Source: Burkholderiales bacterium (lineage in GTDB: Bacteria; Pseudomonadota; Gammaproteobacteria; Burkholderiales; SG8-39). Taken from it: a DNA stretch of 64,000 bases. The stretch covers positions 61,125 to 125,124 of the forward strand of contig DASPRX010000261.1 of NCBI GenBank assembly GCA_035624235.1, written 5' to 3'. Numbering within the stretch: position 1 is the first letter of the stretch; each line of letters begins with the position of its first letter. Under the pieces are notes generated by a model, which did no database searches, was not told the DNA's origin, and saw only the letters and a program-made list of their open reading frames with translations. The position numbers and the translations under genes were made by a program. Of this stretch, positions 18,237 to 28,617 are shown piece by piece.

Positions 18237-19223
18237 TTACGGGAAGAACAGAAACAGCCGGAAGCCGGTGGCGTGTACGTGCGCAGCGTCGAAGCGCTGC
18301 CGGACGCTGACCTCCCCTCCCGGCGCGATGCCGCGTGCAGCAAACTGCCCGAGGCGCGCCGCGTCGAGGTAGTCCGAAGGCTTCAGCACACGTCGCACGA
18401 CCACTTGGTCGTTTTCATCGGTGAGCGTCAATTCGAGCGCGGGGTATTCCTGCGCAAACGCGGCGCGATTTCGGATCACGGCGTTCAGCACGATGACGTT
18501 CGCATGTCCCGGGTCGGCCTGCAGGTCGGACGACTCGATGCTCATCAGATCGGAGTGGTGCGGAAGCCTCAGCCGGCAGCCAAAGGTTTCGCAGGCTGCG
18601 GCGAGCTGCGGCTTGACGTCCGGCAGAGCGAGCGCGATATCGTCCCGGAAGTAGAGCGCGAGCTGCCCGGCGAGCGCGGCCAGCGCAACGATACCGAGCA
18701 GCGCCCACACCGCGGTGAAGCGCTGCTGCGGCGCGTCGTCCTCGAGGAATTCCGGCTGCTCGATAGGCTCCCTGCGGGCGGGGCGCTGCACGGCGGGTGG
18801 CGGCGCGGGCCGAGCGAGACGCTCGGGACGTGCGGGGCGGGCGGAGGTCTCGGGGCGTACGGGAGTCTCGGAGCGTGCGACGGCCTCGGGCCGTGCAGGA
18901 GTCTCGGGACGTTGCGCCGAGGGCCGAGCGGTGCGCGCTGGGGCGGGCGGCGGACGGCTCGCGGCAGGCGCTACTGCGCTTAAATCGAGATTTAGGGTTA
19001 GGTCCGGGCTCGCGGCTGCCGCGCGCCGCGAAGGATCGAACAGCCCGAGCTGCGGCGAAGGCTCGAGCGCGGCTGGCCCGCCCTGCTCGCCGACGAGGCA
19101 GGACACCGCATCGAAAACGCCCGAGCATTTTCCGCAACGCACCCGACCGCTGCGCGCGACCAGCTGCGCAGGCTGGACGCGGAACGCGGTGCCGCAGGTC
19201 GGACAGCGCGTGATGAGGCTCAC
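18237..19223 (-). CDS. MJ0042-type zinc-ribbon protein with a DUF3426-like C-terminal domain
   Basis: N-terminal CPTCG...CGKC zinc ribbon, a Pro/Arg-rich repeat linker, one TM segment (FTAVWALLGIVALAALAG) and a C-terminal beta-rich domain. 4-nt overlap with prmA. Confidence 0.75.
   Translation of the reverse strand: MSLITRCPTCGTAFRVQPAQLVARSGRVRCGKCSGVFDAVSCLVGEQGGPAALEPSPQLGLFDPSRRAAAASPDLTLNLDLSAVAPAASRPPPAPARTARPSAQRPETPARPEAVARSETPVRPETSARPARPERLARPAPPPAVQRPARREPIEQPEFLEDDAPQQRFTAVWALLGIVALAALAGQLALYFRDDIALALPDVKPQLAAACETFGCRLRLPHHSDLMSIESSDLQADPGHANVIVLNAVIRNRAAFAQEYPALELTLTDENDQVVVRRVLKPSDYLDAARLGQFAARGIAPGGEVSVRQRFDAAHVHATGFRLFLFFP
18768..18959 (-). repeat. Imperfect tandem low-complexity repeat (RPE/ARP units) inside the zinc-ribbon protein gene
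   Basis: The protein reads RPPPAPARTARPSAQRPETPARPEAVARSETPVRPETSARPARPERLARPAPPPAVQRPARREP. The DNA shows a recurring gtctcgg(g/a)(g/a)cgt unit. Confidence 0.6.
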
Positions 19224-20113
19224 GCGCGCATTCCCTCGAGGAGCGCCCAGCCATCGTCCACGCTCGTTACGTCCAATTCGATCGCGGGTCGGTAGGCCGC
19301 GGCGACTTCCGATGCTTGGACTGCGAGGATTCCAGAAAGCGCGAGGCGGCCGCGCGCACGAACGCGTATGGTCAGCGCGGGCGCAAGCAGGATGAGCGGA
19401 TTGGCGAGTATGTTGGCCACCACCACGTCGTAGTCGCCTCGCGGCAGCGCCTCCGGGGTCGAGACGCGCACGCTGACTTCATTCGCACGCGCATTGGCCC
19501 GGGTCGCGTCGAGTGCCCGGGGATCGAGGTCTACCGCATCGACCTCCGCCGCTCCCAGTTTCGCAGCGGCGATTGCCAATATACCGGAACCGCATCCGTA
19601 GTCCAGCACGCGCTCGCCGCCGCGCAGCGAGCGCTCCAGAAAATGCAGCGCGAGCCGCGTGCTGGGATGCGTCCCCGTGCCGAACGCCATGCCGGGATCG
19701 AGGCGTACCACCGCGGCGCGTGCATCGGGCGGCTCGCACCACGTGGGGACAATCCACAGCAGCTCGCCGATCCGCACCGGTGCGAACTGCGACTGAGTGC
19801 GGCGCACCCAGTCGTCGTCCTCGACGCGCGCGACGCGAAACGCGGGCGGCAGGTCGAGCCCCGCGGCGTGCGCGCATTCGACCACGAGCTCGAGCACATT
19901 CGCATCGAGCGGGAGCAGCGCGACGACGCGACTGTGAGGCCAGGCGCCAGTTGCGCTGTCCCATGATGGTTCGGCGAAACGTGGAGCTTCGTTCGCCGTG
20001 CCCTCGTCGGCATCCTCGAGACTGACGGATTGCGCGCCGCGTGCGAGCAACGCCTCGGACAACGCCTCGGCCGCGGCCTCTTCGACCTCAAGCGTGAGCG
20101 ACAGCCACGGCAT
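19220..20113 (-). CDS. prmA: Ribosomal protein L11 methyltransferase
   Basis: MPWLSLTLEV... and SAM motif LDYGCGSGILAIAA. Conserved position after accBC. Confidence 0.92.
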   Translation of the reverse strand: MPWLSLTLEVEEAAAEALSEALLARGAQSVSLEDADEGTANEAPRFAEPSWDSATGAWPHSRVVALLPLDANVLELVVECAHAAGLDLPPAFRVARVEDDDWVRRTQSQFAPVRIGELLWIVPTWCEPPDARAAVVRLDPGMAFGTGTHPSTRLALHFLERSLRGGERVLDYGCGSGILAIAAAKLGAAEVDAVDLDPRALDATRANARANEVSVRVSTPEALPRGDYDVVVANILANPLILLAPALTIRVRARGRLALSGILAVQASEVAAAYRPAIELDVTSVDDGWALLEGMRA

Positions 20114-20117
20114 CGCC

Positions 20118-21479
20118 TTATTTAGCCTTGGGCTTCTGCTCCTGAGCGAGCTTCTGCTCCAGGTAATGGATGGAAACGCCGCCGCGCACGAAGCGGATGT
20201 CGTTCAGCAGCTCGAGTTGCAGTGGGATGTTCGTCTGGATGCCTTCGACCACCATCTCCGAGAGCGCGACGCGCATGCGCCGGATGGCCTGTTCGCGCGT
20301 CGCTCCGTAGGCAATCACCTTTCCGACCATCGAGTCGTAGTTGGGCGGAACGGTGTAGCCCTGATATACATGCGAATCGACACGGATGCCCGGGCCTCCT
20401 GGCGGATGGTACGACGTAATGCGGCCGGGAGACGGCGTGAAGCGGTAGGGGTCTTCGGCATTGATGCGGCACTCGAGCGCATGCCCGCGCAGCTGGATGT
20501 CCTTCTGGCGGAACGGCAGCTTCTCGCCCGCGGCAATGCGGATCTGGGTCTGCACGATGTCGATGCCAGTGATCATCTCGGTGACCGGGTGCTCGACTTG
20601 GATGCGCGTGTTCATCTCGATAAAGAAGAACTCGCCATCTTCGTACAGGAACTCGAACGTACCCGCGCCGCGGTAGCCGATCTTCCGGCAGGCCTCGACG
20701 CAGCGTTCACCGATCTTGTCGCGTAGCTTCGCAGGAAGCTCGGGCGCGGGCGCTTCTTCGACGATCTTCTGGTGGCGGCGCTGCAGCGAACAGTCGCGCT
20801 CGCCGAGGAATACTGTCCCCTTGTGGGTGTCGGCGAGCACCTGGATCTCGATGTGGCGCGGATTTTCGAGGTATTTCTCGAGATACACCGTCGGGTTCGA
20901 GAAGGCGGCCTGCGCCTCCCCGCGCGTCATGGCCACCGCGTTCAGCAGCGCGGCTTCGGTATGCACGACGCGCATGCCGCGCCCGCCGCCGCCGCCGGCG
21001 GCCTTGATGATCACCGGGTAGCCGACCTTGCGCGCGACGCGCACGATCTCCTTGGGGTCCTCCGGCAGGGGTCCATCGGAGCCAGGCACGCAGGGGACGC
21101 CAGCCTTGCGCATCGCCTCCTTGGCGCTCACCTTGTCGCCCATGAGACGGATGTTGTCCGGGCGCGGCCCGATGAAGACGAAGCCCGAGCGCTCGACTTT
21201 GTCGGCAAAGTCGGCGTTCTCGGACAGGAAGCCGTAGCCGGGATGGATCGCCTCGGCGTCCGTCACCTCGGCCGCGCTGATGATGGCGGGGATGTTCAGG
21301 TAGCTCTGCGACGCGGGCGGTGGCCCGATGCACACGGATTCGTCAGCGAGTCTGACGTACTTCGCTTCGGTATCAGCCTCCGAATGGACGACCACTGTCC
21401 GTATGCCCAACTCGCGGCAGGCGCGCTGGATGCGAAGCGCGATCTCGCCGCGGTTCGCAATCAGGATCTTCTCGAACAT
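20118..21479 (-). CDS. accC: Acetyl-CoA carboxylase, biotin carboxylase subunit
   Basis: [26 protein letters not shown]... with the full ATP-grasp core. Confidence 0.96.
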   Translation of the reverse strand: MFEKILIANRGEIALRIQRACRELGIRTVVVHSEADTEAKYVRLADESVCIGPPPASQSYLNIPAIISAAEVTDAEAIHPGYGFLSENADFADKVERSGFVFIGPRPDNIRLMGDKVSAKEAMRKAGVPCVPGSDGPLPEDPKEIVRVARKVGYPVIIKAAGGGGGRGMRVVHTEAALLNAVAMTRGEAQAAFSNPTVYLEKYLENPRHIEIQVLADTHKGTVFLGERDCSLQRRHQKIVEEAPAPELPAKLRDKIGERCVEACRKIGYRGAGTFEFLYEDGEFFFIEMNTRIQVEHPVTEMITGIDIVQTQIRIAAGEKLPFRQKDIQLRGHALECRINAEDPYRFTPSPGRITSYHPPGGPGIRVDSHVYQGYTVPPNYDSMVGKVIAYGATREQAIRRMRVALSEMVVEGIQTNIPLQLELLNDIRFVRGGVSIHYLEQKLAQEQKPKAK

Positions 21480-21935
21480 CTAACCGATGACGAACAGAGG
21501 CTGGCCGTATTCGACCGGCTGGCCGTTCTCGACCAGAATCGCCTTGATCGTGCCCGAGGCGTCGGCTTCGATCTCATTCATGAGTTTCATCGCTTCGACG
21601 ATGCAGATCGTCTGTCCTTCCTTGACTACTTCTCCGACTTCGACGAACGGTTTGGCGTCCGGTGATGCGGCCCGATAGAACGTGCCCACCATGGGCGATT
21701 TCACCACGTGCCCTTCGGGCGAGGCTTCGGCGGCGGCCGGCGTCGCCACGCTAGGCTTCGCTTCGGGTGCTGGCGCGGCGACTGGGGAGAGAGGGGGCGC
21801 ACTCGCGACAGGCGTCAGGCTGACGCCCCCGCCTCTAACGATCTTCACCTTCTCCTCCCCCTCGGTGATCTCCAACTCGGCGATGCCAGACTCCTCGACG
21901 AGATCGATCAGCTTCTTCAGCTTGCGCAAATCCAT
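21480..21935 (-). CDS. accB: Acetyl-CoA carboxylase, biotin carboxyl carrier protein
   Basis: Ala/Pro linker and biotinylation motif [13 protein letters not shown]. The stop codon directly abuts the accC ATG. Confidence 0.95.
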   Translation of the reverse strand: MDLRKLKKLIDLVEESGIAELEITEGEEKVKIVRGGGVSLTPVASAPPLSPVAAPAPEAKPSVATPAAAEASPEGHVVKSPMVGTFYRAASPDAKPFVEVGEVVKEGQTICIVEAMKLMNEIEADASGTIKAILVENGQPVEYGQPLFVIG

Positions 21936-21986
21936 GGTTGGGGCTCCCTGGGACGCCGGTTTGCCGAACGGCCGCGCGCGCGGTCG

Positions 21987-22463
21987 CTAGCTCCCGGCCT
22001 TCTGGGACAATCTGCCTAAGGCGTAGCTCAGCGCAAAGTCGTAGCCGCGGCTGCCAAGACCGCAGATCGTTCCGACCGCGGCATCCGAAAAGTACGAATG
22101 CCGCCGGAAGGTCTCTCGGGCGTGTACGTTGGACAAGTGCACCTCGATGAACGGGATATTTGCCGCCAGTAGGGCGTCGCGCAGCGCAACGCTGGTATGC
22201 GTATAGCCAGCCGGATTGACGATGATGAACCCTATCCGTTCATCCCTCGCCCGGTGGATCCGATCGATCAGCGCGCCCTCGTGATTGCTTTGGAAGCACT
22301 CCAGAGGCACCCCCTGGGCGCGCGCTGCCGCTGTCAGGCGGCGCTCGATGTCGGCGAGCGTCTCGCGCCCGTAGATCTCCGGCTCGCGCGAGCCGAGCAG
22401 GTTCAAATTCGGTCCGTGAAGCACCAGCACCGATTGCTGAGGAGATTCGCGTCTTGTCGGCAT
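21987..22463 (-). CDS. aroQ: Type II 3-dehydroquinate dehydratase
   Basis: [16 protein letters not shown] and HLSNVHARE. The start is uncertain (ATG 22463 or 22484). Confidence 0.9.
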   Translation of the reverse strand: MPTRRESPQQSVLVLHGPNLNLLGSREPEIYGRETLADIERRLTAAARAQGVPLECFQSNHEGALIDRIHRARDERIGFIIVNPAGYTHTSVALRDALLAANIPFIEVHLSNVHARETFRRHSYFSDAAVGTICGLGSRGYDFALSYALGRLSQKAGS

Positions 22464-22533
22464 TTTAGCGGCAGAAGGCCGCATTTTACGGGAAATTCAA
22501 GCACGTCACGTGGCCTGACTACCAGCCGGCGCG

Positions 22534-23061
22534 TTAGCTCGCCTGCAACTTTACCAAGTTTGCCTCGAGTTCCGGGACGCGCAGCATTCCAAGTTTGCGC
22601 CCCACAAGCGATCCCCCGCGTCCGACGAACAAAGTATAAGGCAACCCGCCAGAAGGGTTGCCGAGCTTTGCCATGAGTTCAATCGCGGAAGGGTCGGTAA
22701 CGAGCACTGGATAGTTGATTCGAATAGTTTTCACGAATTCGACGACGTTGTTGGCATTATCGAGGGCGATGCCTAGTATTTCGCCACCTCTTGCGACAAC
22801 TTCCTCGCGCCTCGAGACCAGGAGCGGGATTTCTTCCCGGCAAGGCGGGCACCAAGTTGCCCAGAAGTTACAGACTAGCGCTTTGCCCTTCCACTCGGCG
22901 ATATGGTGCTCCCGCCCTTCGACGTCCCAGAGGGGCATCTCCTCGAGTACGGCAATGGTGACATCGGAACGAAGCAGGCGTGGCGCGATGATCGCACCCG
23001 CTAGAGCCGCGGCGAGTCCAACCCCTCCGAGAATCAGCGCGTCACGGCGCCTGAGGGCCAT
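22534..23061 (-). CDS. TlpA-like thiol:disulfide oxidoreductase (thioredoxin fold)
   Basis: N-terminal membrane anchor and active site WATWCPPCREE. Confidence 0.85.
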   Translation of the reverse strand: MALRRRDALILGGVGLAAALAGAIIAPRLLRSDVTIAVLEEMPLWDVEGREHHIAEWKGKALVCNFWATWCPPCREEIPLLVSRREEVVARGGEILGIALDNANNVVEFVKTIRINYPVLVTDPSAIELMAKLGNPSGGLPYTLFVGRGGSLVGRKLGMLRVPELEANLVKLQAS

Positions 23062-23683
23062 CGGCGTCCTGCCGCTGTGTCCCTTGGGCGATCAGGGCGC
23101 CAACCTCGCCGATGCCCGCGCGGTCCATGACACGACCTGTCTGAGAGGTCTTGAGCGCGAGGCGCTCGTCGCGTGCATCGAACACGGACAGCTTGAGGGG
23201 CGTGCCGCGCCAGCTTAGCGACAAGACCGTGACAGCGTGCGCGCGGTCCCCGGAGTAGCGCCTTCCTTCCGAGGTTGTGTAGGCGATGCCGCGGTCCAGC
23301 AGGAATATCTCCACCTCCTTCGTGCTTTCCGGGAACAACTGGAGGTCGATTTCCGCGTACCGGCCTGCAATGCCGCGCAGCACGGGCCCGGTCAGATACG
23401 GACTGAAACGCTCGAGCGCACGCATCGCGTCGAGCGCGACGCGGCGCAGCTCTGCGATGCGTTCGGGGTGTTCCTCGGCCTGATACAAAGCTCGGTAGGC
23501 GCGCAGTTCGGCCTCAATTTCGTCGTTCGCGGGCAGCGCCTGGCCCTCGCTCGCGCCTAGCTGCCTGGCCGCCTTGCGTTTCGCGAGCGCGAAATCGTCA
23601 ATGCCATCCTCGGCCATGATGCGCGCCGCGGCAGCGGCGATCCGGGCTCGGGTACCGTTTTGCCGCGGTATTTTGCGGCTCAT
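23042..23683 (-). CDS. Conserved hypothetical protein (function unknown)
   Basis: ORF 23042..23761 trimmed to ATG 23683 (MSRKIPRQ...). Coding-like composition. 20-nt overlap with the tlpA-like start. I recognise no motif with confidence. Confidence 0.6.
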   Translation of the reverse strand: MSRKIPRQNGTRARIAAAAARIMAEDGIDDFALAKRKAARQLGASEGQALPANDEIEAELRAYRALYQAEEHPERIAELRRVALDAMRALERFSPYLTGPVLRGIAGRYAEIDLQLFPESTKEVEIFLLDRGIAYTTSEGRRYSGDRAHAVTVLSLSWRGTPLKLSVFDARDERLALKTSQTGRVMDRAGIGEVGALIAQGTQRQDADGPQAP

Positions 23684-23802
23684 TGCAACGCCTCGTATGG
23701 TTGCAGGAGGGGCGAGCGACCCCTTGCTATCGGCCGCATGATAGCGCAGCGCCGCCGCCACGCAGGCATCGCGTAGAATTTGCGCCTTTTTGCGGCTGTC
23801 TT

Positions 23803-25170
23803 ATGCCTCCACACATTCACATCCTTGGCATTTGCGGCACGTTCATGGGGGGTCTGGCGGCGATCGCCAAGAGCGCCGGGTTTCGCGTGACCGGCTGCGA
23901 TGCCAATGTGTATCCCCCTATGAGCGAGCAGCTCGCTGCGCTCGGAATCGAGCTTATCGAGGGTTTCGACGCCGAACAGATCGCACTTGCACCGGACTAT
24001 TGGGTCGTCGGAAATGTTGTGACGCGGGGCAATCCGCTCATGGAAGCGATTCTCGATCGTGGCGAGCGATTCACTTCGGGGCCGCAGTGGCTGGCGGACC
24101 ATGTTCTACGGGATAAGTGGGTGATCGCTGTCGCTGGAACCCATGGAAAAACGACCGTTTCAGCAATGATCACGTGGATAATGGAGCGTGCTGGCCAGGC
24201 ACCCAGCTTCCTAGTAGGCGGTGTGCCAAAGGATTTCAGGAGCTCCGCCAGACTTACCGCTGGCCGATGCTTCGTGATCGAGGCCGACGAGTACGACACG
24301 GCGTTCTTCGACAAGCGATCCAAGTTCGTGCACTACGGTCCGCGCACCCTGGTGTTGAATAATCTTGAGTTCGATCATGCCGACATCTTCGGAGAACTTG
24401 CTGACATCGAGCGCCAATTTCACCATCTTGTGCGTACTGTGCCGCATTCCGGTCTAATCGTCGCAAACGCACGCGACGCCGCCCTGCAGCGCGTGCTCGG
24501 GATGGGGTGTTGGACCGCTGTCGAGACGTTCGGCAACGATAGCGGCTGGCAAGCGGGCGAGCCGGACGCATACGGCGGGTTCGAAGTGAGCTGGCGGGGA
24601 GCGCCGGTGGGCCGAGTCGCCTGGACCCAGCTCGGTGAGCACAACCGTTCGAATGCGCTTGCCGCATTGGCTGCGGCGCGCCACGCGGGAGTGTCGCCTG
24701 AGGTGGCAATCGCTGCCCTGAATTCATTTGGCGGCGTGCGCCGGCGCATGGAACTCCTGGGTGTGGTGCATGGCGTGACCGTTTACGACGACTTCGCACA
24801 CCACCCCACCGCGATTCGCACCACGTTGGAGGGTCTGCGCCGACGCGTCGGCACAGCACGCATCATCGCGGTACTGGAGCCGCGCTCGAACACGATGAAA
24901 CGCGGCGTGATGAAGGACGCACTTGCGCCGAGCCTTGCCAGCGCGGACCGGGTATTTGTCTACGACGCACAACTTGGTTGGAGCGCGCCGCTGGCGCTCG
25001 CGGCACTCGGCGAGCGCGCGCGCTGCATCGACGACCTCGACCGACTGGTGCAAGGCATCGCCGCGGAGGCACGGGACGGTGACCACGTGCTCATCATGTC
25101 CAACGGCGGGTTCGGCGGCTTGCACGGCAAGTTGCTCGATCGGCTCTCCTCGGGCGGTCGAGCCGAATGA
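23803..25170 (+). CDS. mpl: UDP-N-acetylmuramate:L-alanyl-gamma-D-glutamyl-meso-DAP ligase (murein peptide ligase)
   Basis: ORF trimmed to ATG 23803. Motifs HIHILGICGTFMGGLA and AGTHGKTT. TAGAAT box at 23774-23779. Confidence 0.9.
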   Translation: MPPHIHILGICGTFMGGLAAIAKSAGFRVTGCDANVYPPMSEQLAALGIELIEGFDAEQIALAPDYWVVGNVVTRGNPLMEAILDRGERFTSGPQWLADHVLRDKWVIAVAGTHGKTTVSAMITWIMERAGQAPSFLVGGVPKDFRSSARLTAGRCFVIEADEYDTAFFDKRSKFVHYGPRTLVLNNLEFDHADIFGELADIERQFHHLVRTVPHSGLIVANARDAALQRVLGMGCWTAVETFGNDSGWQAGEPDAYGGFEVSWRGAPVGRVAWTQLGEHNRSNALAALAAARHAGVSPEVAIAALNSFGGVRRRMELLGVVHGVTVYDDFAHHPTAIRTTLEGLRRRVGTARIIAVLEPRSNTMKRGVMKDALAPSLASADRVFVYDAQLGWSAPLALAALGERARCIDDLDRLVQGIAAEARDGDHVLIMSNGGFGGLHGKLLDRLSSGGRAE

Positions 25171-25739
25171 TCGTGTACTTGCATGGCTTCAACAGCGCGC
25201 CTGCGTCGCATAAGGCGCGCACGCTGGCCGCCGCCATGCAGTGGCGCGGATTGCAGGCTGAGATCGTCTGCCCGGCGCTTCCGCCGGCGCCCCAGGCCGC
25301 AGTGCGCGTCATCGAAGGCGAGCTGGCCAGCGTCGCGCCGCGCCGCGTGACGCTCGTCGGCAGCTCGCTCGGGGGCTTCTACGCGACGTACTTCGCCGAG
25401 AAGAAGGGCTTGCGCGCAGTGCTGATCAATCCCGCCATTACACCCTACGTCGGACTCGAGGCTTACCTGGGAATGCAGCAGAACCTGTATACGGGCGAGC
25501 GTTACGAGCTTACGCGCGCCGACCTCGACGGGTGGCGGGCGCTGGCGGTCGAGCATGTCGATCCGGAGCGCTATTTGCTCTTGCTCGAAACCGGCGATGA
25601 GGTGCTCGATTGGCGAGCCGCCGCGCGCAAATACGAGGGGGCCCGCAGCGTAATCCGTGACGGCGGCGATCACACGCTGCGCAGCTTTCCCGAGCACATC
25701 GACCGCATACTGGCCTTCGCCGGGCTGGTGCGGCATTAA
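25167..25739 (+). CDS. yqiA: YqiA-family alpha/beta-hydrolase esterase
   Basis: MIVYLHGFNSAP..., nucleophile elbow GSSLGG, ETGDEVLDWR. Colinear with E. coli YqiA. ATGA overlap with mpl. Confidence 0.85.
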   Translation: MIVYLHGFNSAPASHKARTLAAAMQWRGLQAEIVCPALPPAPQAAVRVIEGELASVAPRRVTLVGSSLGGFYATYFAEKKGLRAVLINPAITPYVGLEAYLGMQQNLYTGERYELTRADLDGWRALAVEHVDPERYLLLLETGDEVLDWRAAARKYEGARSVIRDGGDHTLRSFPEHIDRILAFAGLVRH

Positions 25740-25784
25740 CGTGCTGCTACGCTTTATATAATCCGCGTTTGAGATGCGGCTCCC

Positions 25785-27668
25785 ATGCATGTCTTGTACG
25801 AAGAGGACGGCGAGTTCAAGGTCGGCGCGGTGCTCTCTCAGGCGCCGGCGTCCTACCAGGTCGAGAACCCTCATGGGCGCCGCGCAAAGATCAAGGCCGC
25901 AAACGTCTTGATGAGCTTCGAACGCCCGCAGGGCGCGCAACTGATCGCGCAGGGGCGTAACTTTGCCGAAGGGCTCGACACCGAATTTCTCTGGCAGTGC
26001 TGCGGCAGCGCGGAGTTCGATTTCAGGCAGCTCGCGCGCGACTATGTCGGCCGCGAGCCCAGCCCCGTCGAGGCTGCAGGTGTGCTTTTCAAGTTGCATG
26101 CAGCGCCCGTGTACTTTCACCGGCGTGGGCGTGGACGCTATCAGGCCGCCAGCGCCGACATGATTGAGCGCGCTCTCGCGGGGCTCGAAAAAAAACGGCG
26201 CACCCTGGAGCACATCGCCGACTGGCGAACGCGTCTGACGCGCTTCGAGTGCCCACCGGAGATCGAGGCGCTGCGCGAGGAGCTTCTGTATGCGCCCGAT
26301 CGCAACAAGCCCGAAACGAAGGCGTTCGAGCAAGCTTGCGAAGACACCGGTCTCGCTCCGGCGCGTCTGTTCGAGCGCTGCGGGCTGCTGTCGGACAGCC
26401 ACGATTTCCACCTGAATCGCTTCCTGTTCGAGTTCTTCCCGCGCGGCACGCGCTTTCCCGACCACGCGACTCCGCCGCCGCCGGAGGATCTGCCGCTCGC
26501 CGCGTCGGAGGCTTTCAGCCTGGATGACGTTGGCACGACGGAGATCGACGACGCTTTTTCCGTGAGCCGCGTGACGGACGACGAATTGCGCATCGGCATT
26601 CACATCGCCGCGCCGTCGCTCGGGATCGGGCCGGGCTCGCCGCTCGACGCGCTGGCGCGCGGGCGCCTTTCGACCGCCTACATGCCGGGGGTCAAGTACA
26701 CCATGCTGCCCGAGGACGTGATCGGCGGCTATTCGCTGGACGCCGGCCAGGTGCGCCCCGCGTTCTCCCTGTACCTGAACGTCTCCTCGCGCGACTTCTC
26801 GCTGCATGGCCATCACTCGCGCGTGGAACGAGTGCGCGTCGCCGCCAACCTGCGTCACGCAGAGTATCGGTCGCTGAACGAAACTATCCCGTCTGGCGCG
26901 CAGACGGGGAAGGCCTTCGAGGAAGAGTTGCGCACGCTTTGGCGCTTCGCCTGTGCGCTTGAGGACCGGCGGGGCAAACCGAGCGTCAACGCTGGCATGG
27001 TGGACTACGTGTTCCGCGTCGCCGACGGGCGCGTTCGCGTCGAGCAGCGCGTGCGCGGCGCACCGCTCGACAAGCTGGTATCGGAGCTCATGATCGTAGC
27101 CAATACCACCTGGGGCGAGTTGCTGGCCGAGCGCGACGTGGCTGCCATCTATCGCGTGCAGTCGTCGGGCAAGGTTCGCATGAGCACCTATCCCGAGGCA
27201 CACGAGGGACTCGGTGTGTCGTGCTATGCCTGGATGAGCTCTCCCCTGCGTCGCTATGTGGACTTGCTCAACCAGTGGCAACTCGGCGCATCGCTCGCCG
27301 GGCGCCGCGCCCCGTTCGCGCGCAACTCCGAAGCGCTCCTTAGCGCGATGCGCGCCTTCGAGGTCACGCACGCGCGTTTTGACGAGCATCAGCGAGCGAT
27401 GGAGGCTTACTGGAGCCTGCGCTGGCTTGTGCAGGAAAAGCTCACGCACGCGGATGCGGTCGTGCTGCGCGAAGGCATGGTGCGCCTAGAGGGACTGCCG
27501 CTCACCGTGCGAGTGTCCTCTCTGCCGGCGCTCGAAGCGGGCGCGCGCGTTCGACTCGAGCTGGGGGAGATCGACCTTTTCGAGCGCAGCATCGCTTGCG
27601 TGTACCGCGAGACGCTTTCGGGCAACGGCGGGTCGAGCACGCCGGAAGCGCTGCAAGAGAGCGATTAG
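25785..27668 (+). CDS. RNB-domain 3'-5' exoribonuclease (RNase II family)
   Basis: 627 aa. RNB core DDVGTTEIDDAFSV, YRVQ, and SSPLRRYVDLLNQWQL. Confidence 0.85.
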   Translation: MHVLYEEDGEFKVGAVLSQAPASYQVENPHGRRAKIKAANVLMSFERPQGAQLIAQGRNFAEGLDTEFLWQCCGSAEFDFRQLARDYVGREPSPVEAAGVLFKLHAAPVYFHRRGRGRYQAASADMIERALAGLEKKRRTLEHIADWRTRLTRFECPPEIEALREELLYAPDRNKPETKAFEQACEDTGLAPARLFERCGLLSDSHDFHLNRFLFEFFPRGTRFPDHATPPPPEDLPLAASEAFSLDDVGTTEIDDAFSVSRVTDDELRIGIHIAAPSLGIGPGSPLDALARGRLSTAYMPGVKYTMLPEDVIGGYSLDAGQVRPAFSLYLNVSSRDFSLHGHHSRVERVRVAANLRHAEYRSLNETIPSGAQTGKAFEEELRTLWRFACALEDRRGKPSVNAGMVDYVFRVADGRVRVEQRVRGAPLDKLVSELMIVANTTWGELLAERDVAAIYRVQSSGKVRMSTYPEAHEGLGVSCYAWMSSPLRRYVDLLNQWQLGASLAGRRAPFARNSEALLSAMRAFEVTHARFDEHQRAMEAYWSLRWLVQEKLTHADAVVLREGMVRLEGLPLTVRVSSLPALEAGARVRLELGEIDLFERSIACVYRETLSGNGGSSTPEALQESD

Positions 27669-27675
27669 CCATAGA

Positions 27676-28614
27676 ATGGCGGCAAGTCGACGGCGTGAGG
27701 GCAGTTTGCAGGCAGCGATTGCGACAGGCGTTTTTCGGACTCCGGAGTTCTGGGTAAGGAGTGACCCGCAAACGCGGGTGCTGTACGTATCGGTCGGAAT
27801 CTCGCTGTTGCTGCACGGCATCGTGCTCGCGACGCACTTCAGCTTCCCGGAATCGCTGCGCTGGCGCTCGGCCAACGAGCCGCTCGAAGTGGCACTCGTC
27901 AACGCGAAGACCCGTGACAAGCCGGTCGAGGCGGACGTGCTGGCGCAGGCCAATCTCGACCGCGGGGGCAATACCGAGCAGGACCGCCGCGCCAGGACCT
28001 CGCTGCCCGTGACCTCGCCGCGGCATCCCGGCAAGGACCTCGCGGCGGCGCAGCGTCGCCAGCGCCAGCTCGAGCTTCAGCAGCGGCGCTTGCTGGCCGA
28101 GGCGCACAAGCAGCGCGTCGAGACCCCGACGACCGAGCGGCGCGCGCCTGCCGCCGACCCCACGCCCCAGGTGTCGGGCCGCGACCTCGCCGATCTGTCG
28201 CTCGCGGCGATGAAGCTTCAGGCGCAGATCGACCGGCGCACCGAGGAATACGAGAAGCGCCCGCGCAAACATTTCATCGGCGCGCGTGCGACCGAGTACC
28301 GGTTTGCCCAGTACGAGGAGGATTGGCGTCAGAAGGTCGAGCGTATCGGCACGATTAATTATCCGGCTGAGGCGCGCGGCAAGTTGTATGGCAATCTTCG
28401 CCTCACGGTAACGCTGCGGCCCGACGGCAGCGTCGATTCGATCGAGCTCGACCGATCCTCGGGACTGAAGGCGCTGGATCAGGCCGCCTTCAAGATCGTG
28501 CGCATGGCCTCGCCCTTCGCGCCGTTTCCCCCCGACATCCGCAAGGACACCGATCTGCTCGTCATCACGCGCACTTGGTTTTTCGGGCAGGGCGACAAGA
28601 TCTGGACGGAATAG
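27676..28614 (+). CDS. TonB-family protein (C-terminal TonB domain)
   Basis: TM segment VLYVSVGISLLLHGIVLA, charged linker, and C-terminal INYPAEARGKLYGNLRLTVTLRPDGSV...LDQAAFKIVRMASPFAPFP. Confidence 0.75.
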   Translation: MAASRRREGSLQAAIATGVFRTPEFWVRSDPQTRVLYVSVGISLLLHGIVLATHFSFPESLRWRSANEPLEVALVNAKTRDKPVEADVLAQANLDRGGNTEQDRRARTSLPVTSPRHPGKDLAAAQRRQRQLELQQRRLLAEAHKQRVETPTTERRAPAADPTPQVSGRDLADLSLAAMKLQAQIDRRTEEYEKRPRKHFIGARATEYRFAQYEEDWRQKVERIGTINYPAEARGKLYGNLRLTVTLRPDGSVDSIELDRSSGLKALDQAAFKIVRMASPFAPFPPDIRKDTDLLVITRTWFFGQGDKIWTE

Positions 28615-28617
28615 CGC

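Noticed and set aside
24960-27449. 829-aa minus-strand ORF opposite the yqiA and RNB genes
   Set aside because: It has no recognisable motif and is Arg/Ala/Leu-rich. It fully overlaps two well-supported plus-strand genes. It is a high-GC artefact.
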